Shown here in pieces: positions 36,401-48,874 of a DNA stretch of 64,000 nt (position 1 is the first letter of the stretch; the number at the start of each line of letters is the position of its first letter). The notes under the pieces were generated by a model, which saw nothing but the letters and a program-made list of their open reading frames with translations, ran no database searches and was not told the DNA's origin. Origin of the DNA: Cyanophora paradoxa CCMP329 (lineage: Eukaryota; Plantae; Glaucophyta); contig QPMI01000054.1 in NCBI GenBank assembly GCA_004431415.1, forward strand, positions 248,001-312,000, written 5' to 3'. Made by a program: the position numbers and the translations under genes.

Positions 36401-38747
36401 ACCGTCCAGATGCACGGTGCGCGCGCGTGCGCAATCGATGTCGTTCCGCCCGCGGCCGACACCGCGCCGCGCCGCAGAGCGCTACGTGATGGCCTTCTCG
36501 GTCTCCATCGACGCCCGCAAGTTCCCCTTCGACGAGCAGAACTTCTACGTCCAGGCGCGCCCGGAGCGGCGCCCCGTTCCGGATCCGCCCCGCCCCTCCG
36601 AATCCTCAGAGTCTTCACACGCCCCGTCGCATGCGCAGATCCGCTCCCAGACCTTCGACCGCACCAAAGTCACGTGCGCGCTCAAGCCCCGCCGGGGCGC
36701 GCGCGGGGGCCAGCCTTTCCTTCAAAAATTCGCGTTCGCTGATCATGAGGGGGCGGCGCCGCGCAGCTTCAAGCCGCTGCCCCAGGACCTGATCGACATC
36801 CAGGAGAGCGTGCTCAAGAACATTAACGAGCCGGCCTTCTCGTTCTCCAAGTACTCCCAGGCTCGAAAACTGTATTATTGACGTTCATCGTTCTGGATTC
36901 TCGCGACGCGGCGGCGCAGACCATCGGGACGGTCGGTGTCGGCGCCTTTGCCAACCACGCCATGCTCACGGTGAGCGGAACCGCGCAAAATACATATAGA
37001 ACTGCTTCTCTGCGTGCTCCCGCGTGCTCTCGCGTCGATCGCGTTTCCTCGCGCCTGTTGCGTTCCGGGATCCGTCGCCGAGACGAACTTGTAGACAATA
37101 CTAATCCTGGGCCTGTTCTGAGCGGCTCCAAGTGATTTCGAAGTGATGTTCGCCCCTCGATCGGCAGGTCTCGTTCCTGGCGACGCGCATCTCGACGTAC
37201 AACACGATCAACATCATCCTCCCGCTCCTCTTCATCTGCATCTCCGTCTGCGGTGCAGCCGGCGGCCGATCCGCCGCGGCGCCCCGCGCGCCCTCGCCCT
37301 CGTGCTCACTCGAGCCCGGCTCGGCCGGCAGCGAGCTTCTCGATGCCGATCAAGAGCGACGCCCGCACGGCGACCTGCACTGGCGCCCTTGCCGCCACCC
37401 TGGCTTTCGCCTGTCCGCACCTCGCCCCGGGCCCCCCTCGAACCTTTCCTGCTCACCCGCCCCCGCACCGCAGTCGTCGTCGCCACGGTCTCGCCCCCCG
37501 TGAACTAGTGCGCCGAAAGCGAGCCCGAATTCGCGCCCGCCCCGAGCGCGAGATGCGAGCCGCCGGCGCCGCGCCGCCGCGCCAACTCGCCGCGCGCAGC
37601 ATAACGAAGATCGGGCGGCTCGTCTTCCAGGCGTACGCCTTCTCCATTGCCGGCATCCTCATACAGACCTTCCTCCGGTGCGCCCCGCCCCGCCCGCGCG
37701 CGCGGTCGGGGGACGCGGCCGGCGCTCGCGGCTGACCGCCGCGGTCGGTCTCGCCGGATGTGCGCAGGTACGTGGTGTGGGTGATCGACGAGTCGAGCCG
37801 CAAGGTCTACGACGACAAGAACGACGAGCGCGCCCGCATCTACGGTCCGCCCCGCCCCCGCCCCCGCCGGCCGCGCGCTCGGGCCCGCCTCGGGACCGGC
37901 GACCGCGTCGCCGACGGGGGCCGGGGCGCGCGGCAGACCACATCCTGGACACGGTGCTGGCTTTCAAGCGGAAGATGCGGGCGGCGGGGGAGGGCCACCT
38001 CCTCGCCAAGGTCCCCTTCGACGTCCGCCCCGCCCCCGGCCCCCGAGCGCGCGCCCCGGCGCTAGCCCCGGTCCTGACGCGGCCGAGCATGCGCAGGACC
38101 CGGCGGATTCCTCCAAGGTCGACAAACGACACTTCGATGGCTCCTTTCTGCCGTTGACCCGCCCCGCCCCGCAGGCCGCCGGGGGCGATGCCGTGCCCGT
38201 CGTGTCCGTCGCGGTGAGCGCCGCGCCCCGCGGTGCCGGGCGCCCGCTCCGCCTCGATCGGGCGCCGACGGGGCCGGCAGCCGAGCGTGGACGTGCTCTC
38301 CATCACGACGCAAGTGGAGGCGCAGGAGCGCCCGAAGCACAAGACGACGGCCGGCGTCCTCCCCAACCCCGCCCGCCTCAACGGCACCAACCCGCCCACG
38401 GCGCGCCCCCGCCCCTTCCGACATCCCGCCCGCGCCGCCGCGCGCGCGCTGACGCGGGCTCCGGGGCTGGCCGGCAGCTCCCGCTGCGGCAGTACTTCCT
38501 GCTCGACTTCTACTGGCGGAAGCTGCAGTTCATCCCCCTGGACCGCATGAAGCGGGAGCAGTACCTCGGTGCGCGACCGCGAGCCTTCGCAATCCGATGC
38601 AGCGCTAGCGGCTAGAGCTCTCTCCCCGGCCCCTCTCACTGATCATGATCCCCGGCAGACAACCTTATCGACGCGAATTTCTTCTTACGCATTCTCTTCT
38701 GGCTCACCTTCATAATTAGCACCGCCTGCTGCATCGCCTGCCCGTGA
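30457..38747 (+). CDS. Cys-less (Pro-loop) pentameric ligand-gated ion channel with five N-terminal Ig-like repeats
   Basis: Signal peptide, then WFDPR, IWWPRLTVIN, NGTVQM and DARKFPFDEQ. M1 is NIILPLLFICISVCASF. M2 to the M2-M3 loop is SDARTATCTGALAATLAFAFVVATVSPPVNYITK. M4 is FFLRILFWLTFIISTACCIA. TGA at 38745-38747. Confidence 0.85.
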
Positions 38748-39329
38748 CGCGAGCTGGAATTCGATCAAATTAACGATTTCATAGTCACCGCAAGAGCTAA
38801 CGATTACTGGGGTGAACTACGGTGGGGCGAACGCTCAAACAGAAAAGAATGCAAGCGAAAAGGTTCTAGATATCGATTTAGCTATTGTTCTAGCCTAGTA
38901 GATCTCCGTCATTTATACGCGAGAACAATTATGCAATCGCAAGTCTTGACTTGGCAGTGTTGGCACAAGTTGGCAGCAGGCTTCACGAAGCTCATGATCA
39001 GCCTCAGATCAGGGATATCGCGCGAGTTTGCGTGTACTTTTTTTTTATCGCGCGAGTTTGCCAGTTAACGTTGCGTGTATACGTATACGGTATACGCACT
39101 AGTACGTATTACGTTCAAAAACGGTTACGCTACGTATACGTGTATACGTATACGGCGCACACCTCTATATATATAGCTAGACTGTGGCTAGCTATAGTCC
39201 GATCGCGAGGTTTTGGCCGCCTCGCAACTTGGCAACTTTATCAATACAATAACTACGTATATACGCCCGTACATGCATATGTAGGCTGTAGCTATAGCCT
39301 GTAGCCTGTGCACGTGGTCTTCTATGGTC

Positions 39330-39816
39330 TGTAGCCTCACCTAGAACCCACGCTTCTATGATCTCGGAAGGTGGGGCCGGGAATGTGTTTATACATGCTT
39401 AGAATTACTTTCTATATCACCAAAGACTCCGCCTCCGGATCCTCTTCGTGATCGCCTTGTTGTTCCCCTTACTTGTCTGCTTCCTGTGATATATCTTTCT
39501 CACTTCTGTCCTCCTTGCAATTGGTCGGTTTCGTCTATATAGCTACTTTAGATCTCGGTGCTGGTTCTAGCTCTTTCTCGTGTCTCTCTATTTCCTCTTC
39601 TTTGCCTTATAACTCTGTAGCTCGATCTCCGTCTCGGATTTTCTCGTCCGTCGTCTCTTCGAATTCTCGGACTCTCTTCCTCTGCTGTCGATTTTGGCTC
39701 TTTGTCTAGTGCTCTTGCCTTAGTTTTTCTTATTTCCGTCGTTCTCTTTGTTGTATATGCCCCCTGGGCAGGTGTTGGTGTCTAGAGGCTGTGGCCGGTA
39801 ATTCACCAAAAAAAAA
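39330..39816 (+). mobile_element. 3' portion of a poly(A)-tailed non-LTR retroelement (LINE 3' UTR or a second SINE)
   Basis: Pyrimidine-skewed tract ending ctagaggctgtggccggtaattcacc-A9. These 26 nt are identical to the tail of the SINE at 52530-52733. 5' boundary uncertain. Confidence 0.55.
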
Positions 39817-40329
39817 GACTAGTACTTAGAATATAATTATAAGCCGTAAAATCTGCCAGGGATGACCCCTGCCCCCCCCTCTGTCGACGGACGTCGAATC
39901 GCACCGACATCCAAGTTTATCCAACCGCGGTGGCCATGGCTTGAGCCTCGATCGCGAGGACCGACAGTTCCGAGAACTTCCGACATACGCGTACGGTATA
40001 TCCCTAACTGAGGCTGACTCCCTGAGGGCCGCTGAGGCTGTGTTCATCAAATGCACGGCATCATTGGGTGACATTGGCAATTTGGCATGATATCGATTCG
40101 CGATATCGCGCAAACTGACACCACCAGAAACTTTTTTTTGAAAGATGCATTCATATGACTACCCATTTTTACCGGTACCTTAACTACTAGTAGTCTACTA
40201 CCGTTCACGGGTGACGCAGCTGGCCTGGCAGCGTGACAGGCAAGCTGAGGGCCTCAGGGGGCCTGAGGCAACTGAATCGTAGTACTGAGTACTTACGAAT
40301 TCGCCGAAGGCTCCTAGGAGTTCTAGCTA

Positions 40330-40591
40330 CCGTGTGGCACTATAATACCGCGCCCACTTAATTACCGCGGTACCAAATTACCGCGCCGAGAATTTGTTAA
40401 AACGCGGTAATTTGGTACCGCGGTAATATGCTGCAGCCAATTCGCTCCATACAGTACCCCCCACAATTACCTCCCCATACAAGCCTGAAGTTTTTTAAAA
40501 CGCGGTAATTTGGTACCGCGGTATTTTGGCCACCCTCGGGCCGGAGTTTTTACCGCGGTAATTTATGCCGCGGTAATTTAGTGCCACACGG
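40330..40591. mobile_element. Tc1/mariner-pogo-type MITE
   Basis: TA on both flanks. TIRs CCGTGTGGCACTATAATACCGCG and CCGTGTGGCACTAAATTACCGCG match at 21/23. Internal (ATT)ACCGCGGTA repeats. Confidence 0.85.
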
Positions 40592-40989
40592 TATAGGATC
40601 CGAATTTCCGAAATCGGTCGACTCAGTGACTCGGAACGGTACCGGGTACCGCGCGTACGTCGAATCCCGCGCGCCCGGAGTACGTCCTGGGATTCTGGCT
40701 GGGAACTCCGGGGACCGGGGGACCGGAGTCACCGGACTCGGGAACTCCTAGGCTTTCCTAGCTATAGCGAGTCCTAGACTCCTAGCCTGACTCCTAGGCG
40801 CACGGCGCCGGCGGTCGCGCGCCGCGGCGCGCGTCCGCGACGCGTCGACGTCGTCGTCGTCGCGTACCCCGGTACCACCGGCGGACCGGCGGCGGTACGT
40901 CGTCGTCGACTCGACGTCGAGTCGATGTCCGATCGACTCAGTCCGAGTCGGACGGTCCGACCGTCGGGTCCGGCCGCCGGCGTCGCCGC

Positions 40990-41550
40990 CAGTGATTGAT
41001 ATACTTTCATTGCGCAAGCTTTCACTGTGAAAGCTTTCTAGAAAGCTTTCTGAAAGCTTTCATGCCCAAAAACGCAGGTGAAAGCTTTCGAATTCAGTTT
41101 CGTTGCAACGGGGGGGTACCCTACAGCAGGCCTTCCGACGGAGTTTGAGCAAGAAAACGACGGATTTGAGCAAGCTAGAGTGCAAGTTGTGCAACAAAGC
41201 ATAATGCCACACGGGGCAAACGGTTGCATGACGTTGTGGAAGGGCGGGGGCCGCTGGGGAAGCTTAATTAAGGTGGCAGCCTCCGGATCCGGAGCTGTAC
41301 CCCCTCTTCCACTGAAACTTAGCTGAAAGGAGCTCAGGGGCACAACAGGGCCATGCGGGCTTTAAGATTGCAGTTGGAGATGACATTGGAAAGCATAGAC
41401 TTGTGTTTGGACGCTTGCTTGAAACAGAATATTTCCGGTTTGGCTGGGCAAGGTTTCCTTGTATGGGAGCAATCCTTTCAGAAAGCTTTCATGAAAGCTT
41501 TCATGAAAGCTTTCAGGGTGCCGGCGGGGAGTAAACTTTCACAAACACTG
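40990..41550. mobile_element. non-autonomous hAT element
   Basis: CAGTG(A/T)TTG termini, an 8-bp TSD GTCGCCGC (40982-40989 and 41551-41558), and subterminal GAAAGCTTTC palindrome arrays at both ends. Confidence 0.85.
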
Positions 41551-41742
41551 GTCGCCGCGTCGGACGGTCGACTTGTCGCGATCGACGGCGGGACTCGACG
41601 CTCACATGATCACTGAGTCGACTCTCCGATCAGACTCCTGGGAGATCCGATGATCCGACTCCTGGGAGTCATGGGCTACTGAGTAGTGCTGTGCAGTATG
41701 TGCAGAGTCACTGCAGACCGTGCAGCAGCACTGCAGCTAATA

Positions 41743-41943
41743 CTGGAGAGCTAGAAATATTTAGTGGGCTGCATATTTATAGTACTAATTATATAAACTT
41801 TTTTGAGTGATCTACTAAATATTTCATACAGGGGTACCTGGGGTAGGCCCTCTCTCCGCCTACTAAAAATTTACCAGCTGCTAAAGTGGCAGTTTTGGCG
41901 AAGTACTAATTATTTTCCTGTACTAAATTAACCAGTTCTCCAG
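41743..41943. mobile_element. MITE with TA target duplication
   Basis: TA|CTGGAGAGCTAGAAATATTTAGT ... ACTAAATTAACCAGTTCTCCAG|TA; imperfect TIRs and an AT-rich interior. Confidence 0.65.
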
Positions 41944-44022
41944 TAGCCAGCTATGCATGCGCAGCCTGCATCATGGGAATATTAATATGATGGGATTCAC
42001 TGATGAGTCATGGCGCCGGCATGCGCATTCGAATTCATGATTCTCGAGTCTGCAGCTGCAGCCTGCAGGCTGCAGCCCCGCGGCCTGCTAGGGCGCACTG
42101 CGGCAGGCTGCAGCTGCAGGCTGCAGCAGCTGCAGTGCAGCCCCAACTTTGGCCCCCAAGGGCCAGCTCTGACAGCCGGGCGCCAGCTGCAGCTGCAGCA
42201 TGAGCACTGCGGCACTGCGGCAGGCCCATCATCACGCCGCCCATCACGCAGCCCCTGCCGCCAAATTGGGCGCCAATGCCCGACATCACGGCGACATGCG
42301 GCCGCGGCAGCTGCCCGCGCGCGCTAGCGCAATGGCTCAGCGCCTAGTCGCGTAATTTGCGGCGTTAATACGCACGGTCCGATCCGGTCCGGTCGATATA
42401 TATATATCGCGCATGTACGTATACATGCATGATGCATGATACCGCATGCGCAAAAGCCATCTAGCGGCAGCTGCAGCTTGCGTCGCCAGCTGCAAATATG
42501 TGTCTACGCCTCGCGATCGTAATTCATGATTAGGATCATCACTGTTTGCACGACGCCGGCGTCGCGATCGATATTGATGCTGGACAGGTCCCAGCAGGCC
42601 ATCGCGCTCGCCCTTGGCGAAATTCACGTGCGCACGGGCGTGCGTCTGCTCCCGCCCGCGGCCGCGAGCTTGCGCTTGCCCGGCCCTGGCCCATGGCCAG
42701 TCGAACGAAGCGACCCGTCTAGATCTGGCGGAGGCCTGAAGGGCGCGGTCTGATCGCCTTTGTCATATGCATCAGTATCGATATTTCCTCTTTAACGCGC
42801 AGGTTACCGTCCCCTCATACACGGTCGCCGCTTCAGCTGGTTCGTAGCTCGAGCTCTGCTGTAATTTCTAAATGATGCACTGCTCGTATGCGGCGCCGGC
42901 GTGTACGTCGTTTGCTTTCAATTTAGACAAGATTAAATGCATGACACGGTGATCACATATGCATGCACACACGCGTACGGGGCTCTGCGCATGCTTGCTT
43001 ATAGATACGTATACGTATATCTACGTACACGCATGCGTATACGTACACTTGCACGTGCACGTGCATGCGCAGCTGCAGTACTAGTTATGATTCATTTTAC
43101 ACACATATATATACGTATACGTCTAGATCTATGAAGACTAGATCTAGCTATAGATTTGCATGATCACGATATAGATCATGATATAGATCATGTGGATCCG
43201 GAAGCTTAAGATTGATTTCTGACGGTATCCGTCGCAGCTCATGATCATCGCAGCGTAGCAAAGAGGTTGCTGCGGCATATTAGGCCTATAGTTAGGACTG
43301 GGCCTTCGACATCCAGAGCAACGCCAGCCCTGGAGCTTCCGGATTCGGGCTGTAGTCTGCTCGATCGCGAGCTCGCCCATTTGGCCCAGGTACCGTATTA
43401 CCTTCCCCATTAAAACGTTGTATTAAATCGCATTGTCACTGAGTACCTATCCGCGTTATACTTATTCCTTTGATCATGAATTCGAAGTCCTTACAAAGTA
43501 ATACGATATTCAAATCTAACAAAAATGTTGCAACTGCAACTTGCATCTATCCATCCAGCCGCAATCTCTAGGCTAACTAAGGGAAGCACTGCGAGGGATG
43601 CCCAGGCTTAGGTGTCCCTCCTCTAGATCTGGGCTCTTAATCTTGGACGTCGACTCACGATCACGCCCGAACTTTTCCAGACACGGAGGACGCGACAGCT
43701 ACATTCAAACTCGAATTCTTCCGGACCCATGCATTTCGAAGGCACTTCAAAGCCGTTGACGTTGGTACGTGTTAAATTGGCGATCATGCCACAATCGCGA
43801 GTGCTCGAGCTCAAGGCTCAAGCTTAAGCTCGCGGAGGATAAATGACGTTTGAGATGATTTACTTTTTTAAAACGAGGACTAGAAAAGTCTAGAATTGCT
43901 TCAAGGCTTGATCGCCTGCATCGATAACCTTTTCTTAACTTCCGAAACTCGTCACTATTTTTGAGAGTCTACGATGGGGCGGACTCCACGCAGGCATTAA
44001 TTAGAAAGCTTTTTCGTTGCAG

Positions 44023-45810
44023 GATGCAGGGGATCATGATCGATATCATGATCATGATCAGCACCCTAGGCCTGGCCTGGAGGGCAGGAGAGTCAGGAGC
44101 TCGAGTGGGTTCAAGCGCCGCAAAAGAAATCTGCCGGAGTCCGCCCCGTCCTCGCCGCGGCGGCAGAAGCGCGGCACGCGATCGGATCCGGATGAGCCCG
44201 AGCCGCCGCCGCAGGTGCCCTCCGCTCCGCCCCCCTCGAGCTCCAGCTGCAGGCCGACGTTCAGCGTCTCTCGAGCCCAATTGGTGTCGATTTCTGCGCT
44301 CTGCGCGCTCGACGGCCCCGCAGAGGACCCTCCGGCGCCAGTGGAGCTTCTGGCCAATTGCAACCGGCCGCCGCTTCTGGCCATGGCTGCAGCTGCAGCG
44401 GCCTACGCATGCGGGTCCATGACCAGCAACCTCAACGGCGCGGGTGTTAAATCTGCGCTGGCGCCTTCCAACTTAGCCGCTCTCCCGGGCTCGATCGCGA
44501 GCTCGGGGGACGCCTCTGCACGGGTGAATTCGAACGCCAGCGATCGCGATCTGCCTTTCGAGCCACACCAGGCGGAGCCGCATGCGCATGCGCACGGGTC
44601 GGCCTCCGGATCCGGATCCGTGCACGTGCCGCCCCAGCCGCGCGCCTCGAGCTCATCGCGGTCGCCTCCGGATCCGGCGGCAACGACCGCGGGGCCGCTG
44701 TCGGGTCTGGCGGCGTCCATCGCGCAGCTCCCGCCCCCTTCCTTCGAGTTCGTCGCCCCTTCGAGAACAGAGGCGCCAGCGCCCGCCCCGCGGCCCCGGG
44801 CCCGCCCCTCCCCCCCAGCGCAAACGGCCCCCAGGCCTCTTCGGCCCCCCCCTTCGTTCCTCGTGGCCCCGTACCCCCTCGCGTCGTCCGCGCCGCAGCA
44901 GGCGCTGAGGGCCCCGGGACCAGTCACTGCATCGCCGCCCCCATTATCGCTGCCTTTAGATCCGGATCTGGATCTGCGGCCGGGCCCGGCGGGCGAGTGC
45001 ACGTGGCCGCAGCCAATGGAGCATGCGCAGTCTTCGAGATCTCAGTATACCTGCATGCCATCCTCTCGTCCGCCTAGGGCGCTGCACGCCAATCGGTGCG
45101 CAAGGGCGAGCCTGCACCCGTAGCCCCGGCCCCGCCCGCCTGCGCACCCATCGCGCCGCTGATCATGATCATGACTTTTGAGCAGGGCGGGCCTGGGCGA
45201 ATCGATGCGGGAAGGGGTACACGGTCCCCTGGGGCACACGTCGTCGATCGCGGTGGCAGCGTGCAGCCCGCCACGGCCGGCGCCGGCGCCCCGCAACTTC
45301 CCGAAGACCGCCGGGGCCGGCCATCCGCTTCTCCGGTCTCCCCCCCCTTCTCTGCCGCCTCCTCCGCTCGCGCTTCCGGAACCGGCGCGTGCGCCGGCGC
45401 CGTCAGCAGCAATCGGCCACGAGCCCTGGTCAGGGGGCCACCGGCCGCGGTCGAACCCCCCGAGCCGCGGCCACGAATTCGAACACCTTCGGCCCTGCCA
45501 AGCCCACAGCCCCGCCGGCGCCGGCAGCGCCGACCCGCCGCGGCCTGCAGCTGCACCGCTCCCTCCCTCCTCGCCTCCGGCGGACCCGGCTCTGGCGCCG
45601 GCGCCGGCGCTCTTTTCGGCCCCCGCGCCGCTGCTCAGCCGGCGGCCCGGCCGCGGGCCTGAAAGCCTCGCCGCCCGTGTCGCGACCCTGCCGTGGACCC
45701 GGCCATGGCTGCCGCCGGCGCCCCAGCGCCCCGGCCCCGGCCCCGTCTTCCATAGCTATCCCCCGGCCGCCCCGGAGGGCGCCGACCTCCCGCCCCCGTC
45801 GGGCCCCTAA
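44023..45810 (+). CDS. Pro-rich protein with a basic NLS-like motif, paralog A (first exon not located)
   Basis: SGFKRRKRNLPESAPSSPRRQ, ISALCAL, LAASIAQLPPP and SLAARVA are shared with paralog B. Confidence 0.5.
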
Positions 45811-46365
45811 TGACAAGGCCACGAATGGCGTCCTGTGTCATCACCTGGCGGACCTTGCGGGTGATCGGAATATTACATATAATTATAATCTGAATTACGA
45901 ACTCGCGATCCCAAATTGTGTATGTGACTCATGATCATGATCAGTGCGAGTGATTGGATTACTCACAATTAGATTAGGTTGCTTGTACGAGTGATCAATC
46001 TTGATTACGACGACCGGTGCCTTCTTAAATTTCGAATTCTTTGAGGCGAAACGGAATCACGGCATGTAATTTGGAGTTCGTATTCGCGTGGCGATACAAG
46101 CTGGCTGCAACGTGCAGCTGGCACAAAATAGAAAGGCTGGCTGGAGGAATAATTAAAGACTATTTCTCGAGCGATGCATATACAGGAGCCAGCCAGAACA
46201 TCAAGATTGAAACGCATGCAAATAAGAAAGACATAGACAGAAAGAGAGCTCAGGTACGCAGAATAAGAAGCAGAAAGCGAGCGAAAAAGATGTGGTAGAT
46301 GAATCCATGTATCTCTGAATATACATGTCTACATAAAGACTCCAATACGCAAGGCATAGCGAAAC

Positions 46366-48306
46366 TCAAATACGCAGGGGGGCGACCTGATCGAGGGGTG
46401 TGACGAAGGGCGGCGGCGCCAGGGGGGCGGGGGGTCGCCCGGCTGGACCAGCGTGGCCCGAGGCGTGGGGGAGGGCCTCGGGGGGGGCGGGCGGGGCGAA
46501 GAGGGGGCCGGGGGGCTGGGGGGCCGGCGCGGGGCCCTCCCCTCGGTCGAAGGCCTGCCGCCGGCGAGGGTGAGGCGGGGGGCGGGCGACGTGCCGCGCG
46601 GACAAGGGACGCACCTGGATGCGCGAGCGCGCGCCCTGCACCCGATTCAGCACGTTGCGGATTCGAACCGCGTACTCGCGAAAGGACATGTTTGGGGGCC
46701 GCGGCTCCGAGGGCTCGGGGGGCGGCCAGACCGACGAAAGGGCCGCGACGCGGGCGGCGAGGCTCCCGGGCCGGCTTTCGGGACGGCCGCGGGGGCGAGG
46801 CCGGGGCCGCCGGCGGGGGCGGCGGCGGGCCGGCGGGTCGGCGGCGGGCCGTGGTGCTGGTGGTGCCGCGAGTTGCCGCGGCTGTGGCCGTGGCCGTGGC
46901 CGCGCCGGTCCCCGTGGCTGCGCCCGTGGCTGTGGTGCGACGACCGCCGGCTGTGGCCCTCCCGCTCCGACCGCCGCCCCGCCTCTGCCGGCGCCGGGGC
47001 CGGCGCGATGGCCGGGGCGGGCGGGCGGGGCGCCGCTGCGGTCCGCGGGAAGTTCTGGAGGGGCGGGACGAAGCGGGGCCCGAGCAGGGCGGCCGGGGCG
47101 CCGAGCGGGGGAGCCGGGCTCGCCGAACGCGGGCGCGGCGCCGGAGCGCGCGGAGAGGGACGCGACGAAGCGAAGGGACTCCTCCTGAATCCGAGCGAGC
47201 TCCTCGCGGAGCTGCAGGCTGCGCGCCGCCAGCGCCGACATGTGCCCCACCGGGTCGAGCACGCCCCCCGCATGAGCCCGTCCAGGCGCGCGCTGCGGGA
47301 CGCGGGCCTCAGCAGAGCCGGCGGGGCGCGGCGGCCACGGCCCGAGGCCGGAGCGCCGGCGGCGCGCACCGGTGGGCGTGGAGCTCCCGCAGCAGCATTC
47401 GCGAGTTGGCCTCCGACGAGGGCGACGGCTCCAGCGGCTGCGGCCGCGCGGGCGCCGCGGGGGGCGCCTGCTGGGGCGCGGAGGGGCGGCGGGGTGCGGG
47501 GCGACGAGGAGGTACGCGGGGGGAGGCGGGAGGGGCGTCGGAGGCGCGTGCGGGGCGAGGGAGGAGCGCGGCCGCGGTTCTGGCACCACCGCCGGCGGCG
47601 GCAGCGGGACAAGGAAGGCGGGCGGGGGGAGCTGCGCGATCGATTCCGCGAGGGCGGTCAACGGCGGCGCCGGGCTCGCCGGGAGCGGCGGAGAGGCGCC
47701 GCGCGGCGGAGGCGGCTGGGGGGACGGCCCGTGCGGGGCGGCCGGGTGCGGGGCGAAGAGCAGGGCGCTGGGGGGCACGCGGGCGTCCCTGGAGCCCGAG
47801 GGCGGCGACGGCGTCGCCGTCTGGCACGAGTAGGCCGGCACGAGCGGCGGGCTGACTCCGTCCCCGCCGCCCATCTTGCGCGCCGGCTCCAGCGCTCCCA
47901 CAGGCTCCACCACCGGGCTGCCGAGAGCGCAGAGCGCCGAGATCGCCTCCGAGAGGGTTGACTTGCCGGGCGGGCGGACCGGAGCGGCCCCGGGAGACAC
48001 ATGGGGCTCCTTGCTGTCGCTGGCGGCGGGGGAAGGCCCCCGCGACTGCGGCTCGGGCCCCTCGGAGCCGCGTCTCTGCCGCCGCGGCGAGGACGGGGCG
48101 GACTCCGGCAGATTCCTTTTACGGCGCTTGAACCCACTCTTCCCCCTCTTATCCTCGGAGCCCGAGCCAGAGTCCTGCGCGGAAAAGGGAAAAGAGAGGA
48201 CATGCGATCAGGTTCGCAGTCGTCATCTTACATGATGTGTCGAGAGTAAGCGCACATGAATCCATACCTCTGGCGCGGCCGCTGTTGTCTCTGATACGCC
48301 GTTCAT
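46366..48306 (-). CDS. Pro-rich protein with a basic NLS-like motif, paralog B
   Basis: MNGVSETTAAAPE|DSGSGSEDKRGKSGFKRRKRNLPESAPSSPRRQ; ISALCAL; LAESIAQLPPP; short coiled coil SLQLREELARIQEESLRF. Confidence 0.6.
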
Positions 48307-48874
48307 GGCGGATTGGGAAAGAGCTCGCGTCTGTCGGCCTGCGCGGCGCGAGTCGAACTGGGCGGACATGAAAACGCCGTGGTCGGTTCGTCGCGGACCT
48401 GCAGCTTGACTGCTGCAGCTTGCAGCGCAAGGGATCTCACGGACAGAACTCTCTGAATATGACTCTCTCGCTGTGCTGCAGGCCGGGCTGCGCGGGAAGC
48501 GCGTGAGATGGTGCCGTGCGCCGGCATGGGATCGGATCGCGTCCACGCACCGACGGCCGCAGCAGGTACAATCTTGTTGAGCACTTTTCCACTATGTCAA
48601 CATCAGGCTGCGGTCCGGCCAGGCCCGGCAGGCCCACGGCGAATGGATACGTGACGCGTCGCCGGGAGAGTCCGACGGTATCCGGGATGCAGGTTTAGTG
48701 CTGCAGTCGCTGCTGCCAAGCGTACGGTACAGGTGTCGAAGGGAGCCAGATTCAGGCCCTCCGGTTCCCACGCGGAGGTCTCCAAAGGCAACCCGCGAAA
48801 GTAGTGGCTCGGAGCCGCGGGGAACGAAGTGGCGGATACCCCAGTTCGTTCCCGCGACCGTATACCCCCATAAC

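Noticed and set aside
38955-39240. hAT-like left end CAGTGTTGGCA
   Set aside because: No matching right end or 8-bp TSD found.
40330-41520. Repeated palindromes resembling a CRISPR array
   Set aside because: No regular repeat-spacer periodicity and no cas genes. They are transposon subterminal repeats.
43144-43814. Short minus-strand ORFs
   Set aside because: No recognisable domain or consistent splice structure.
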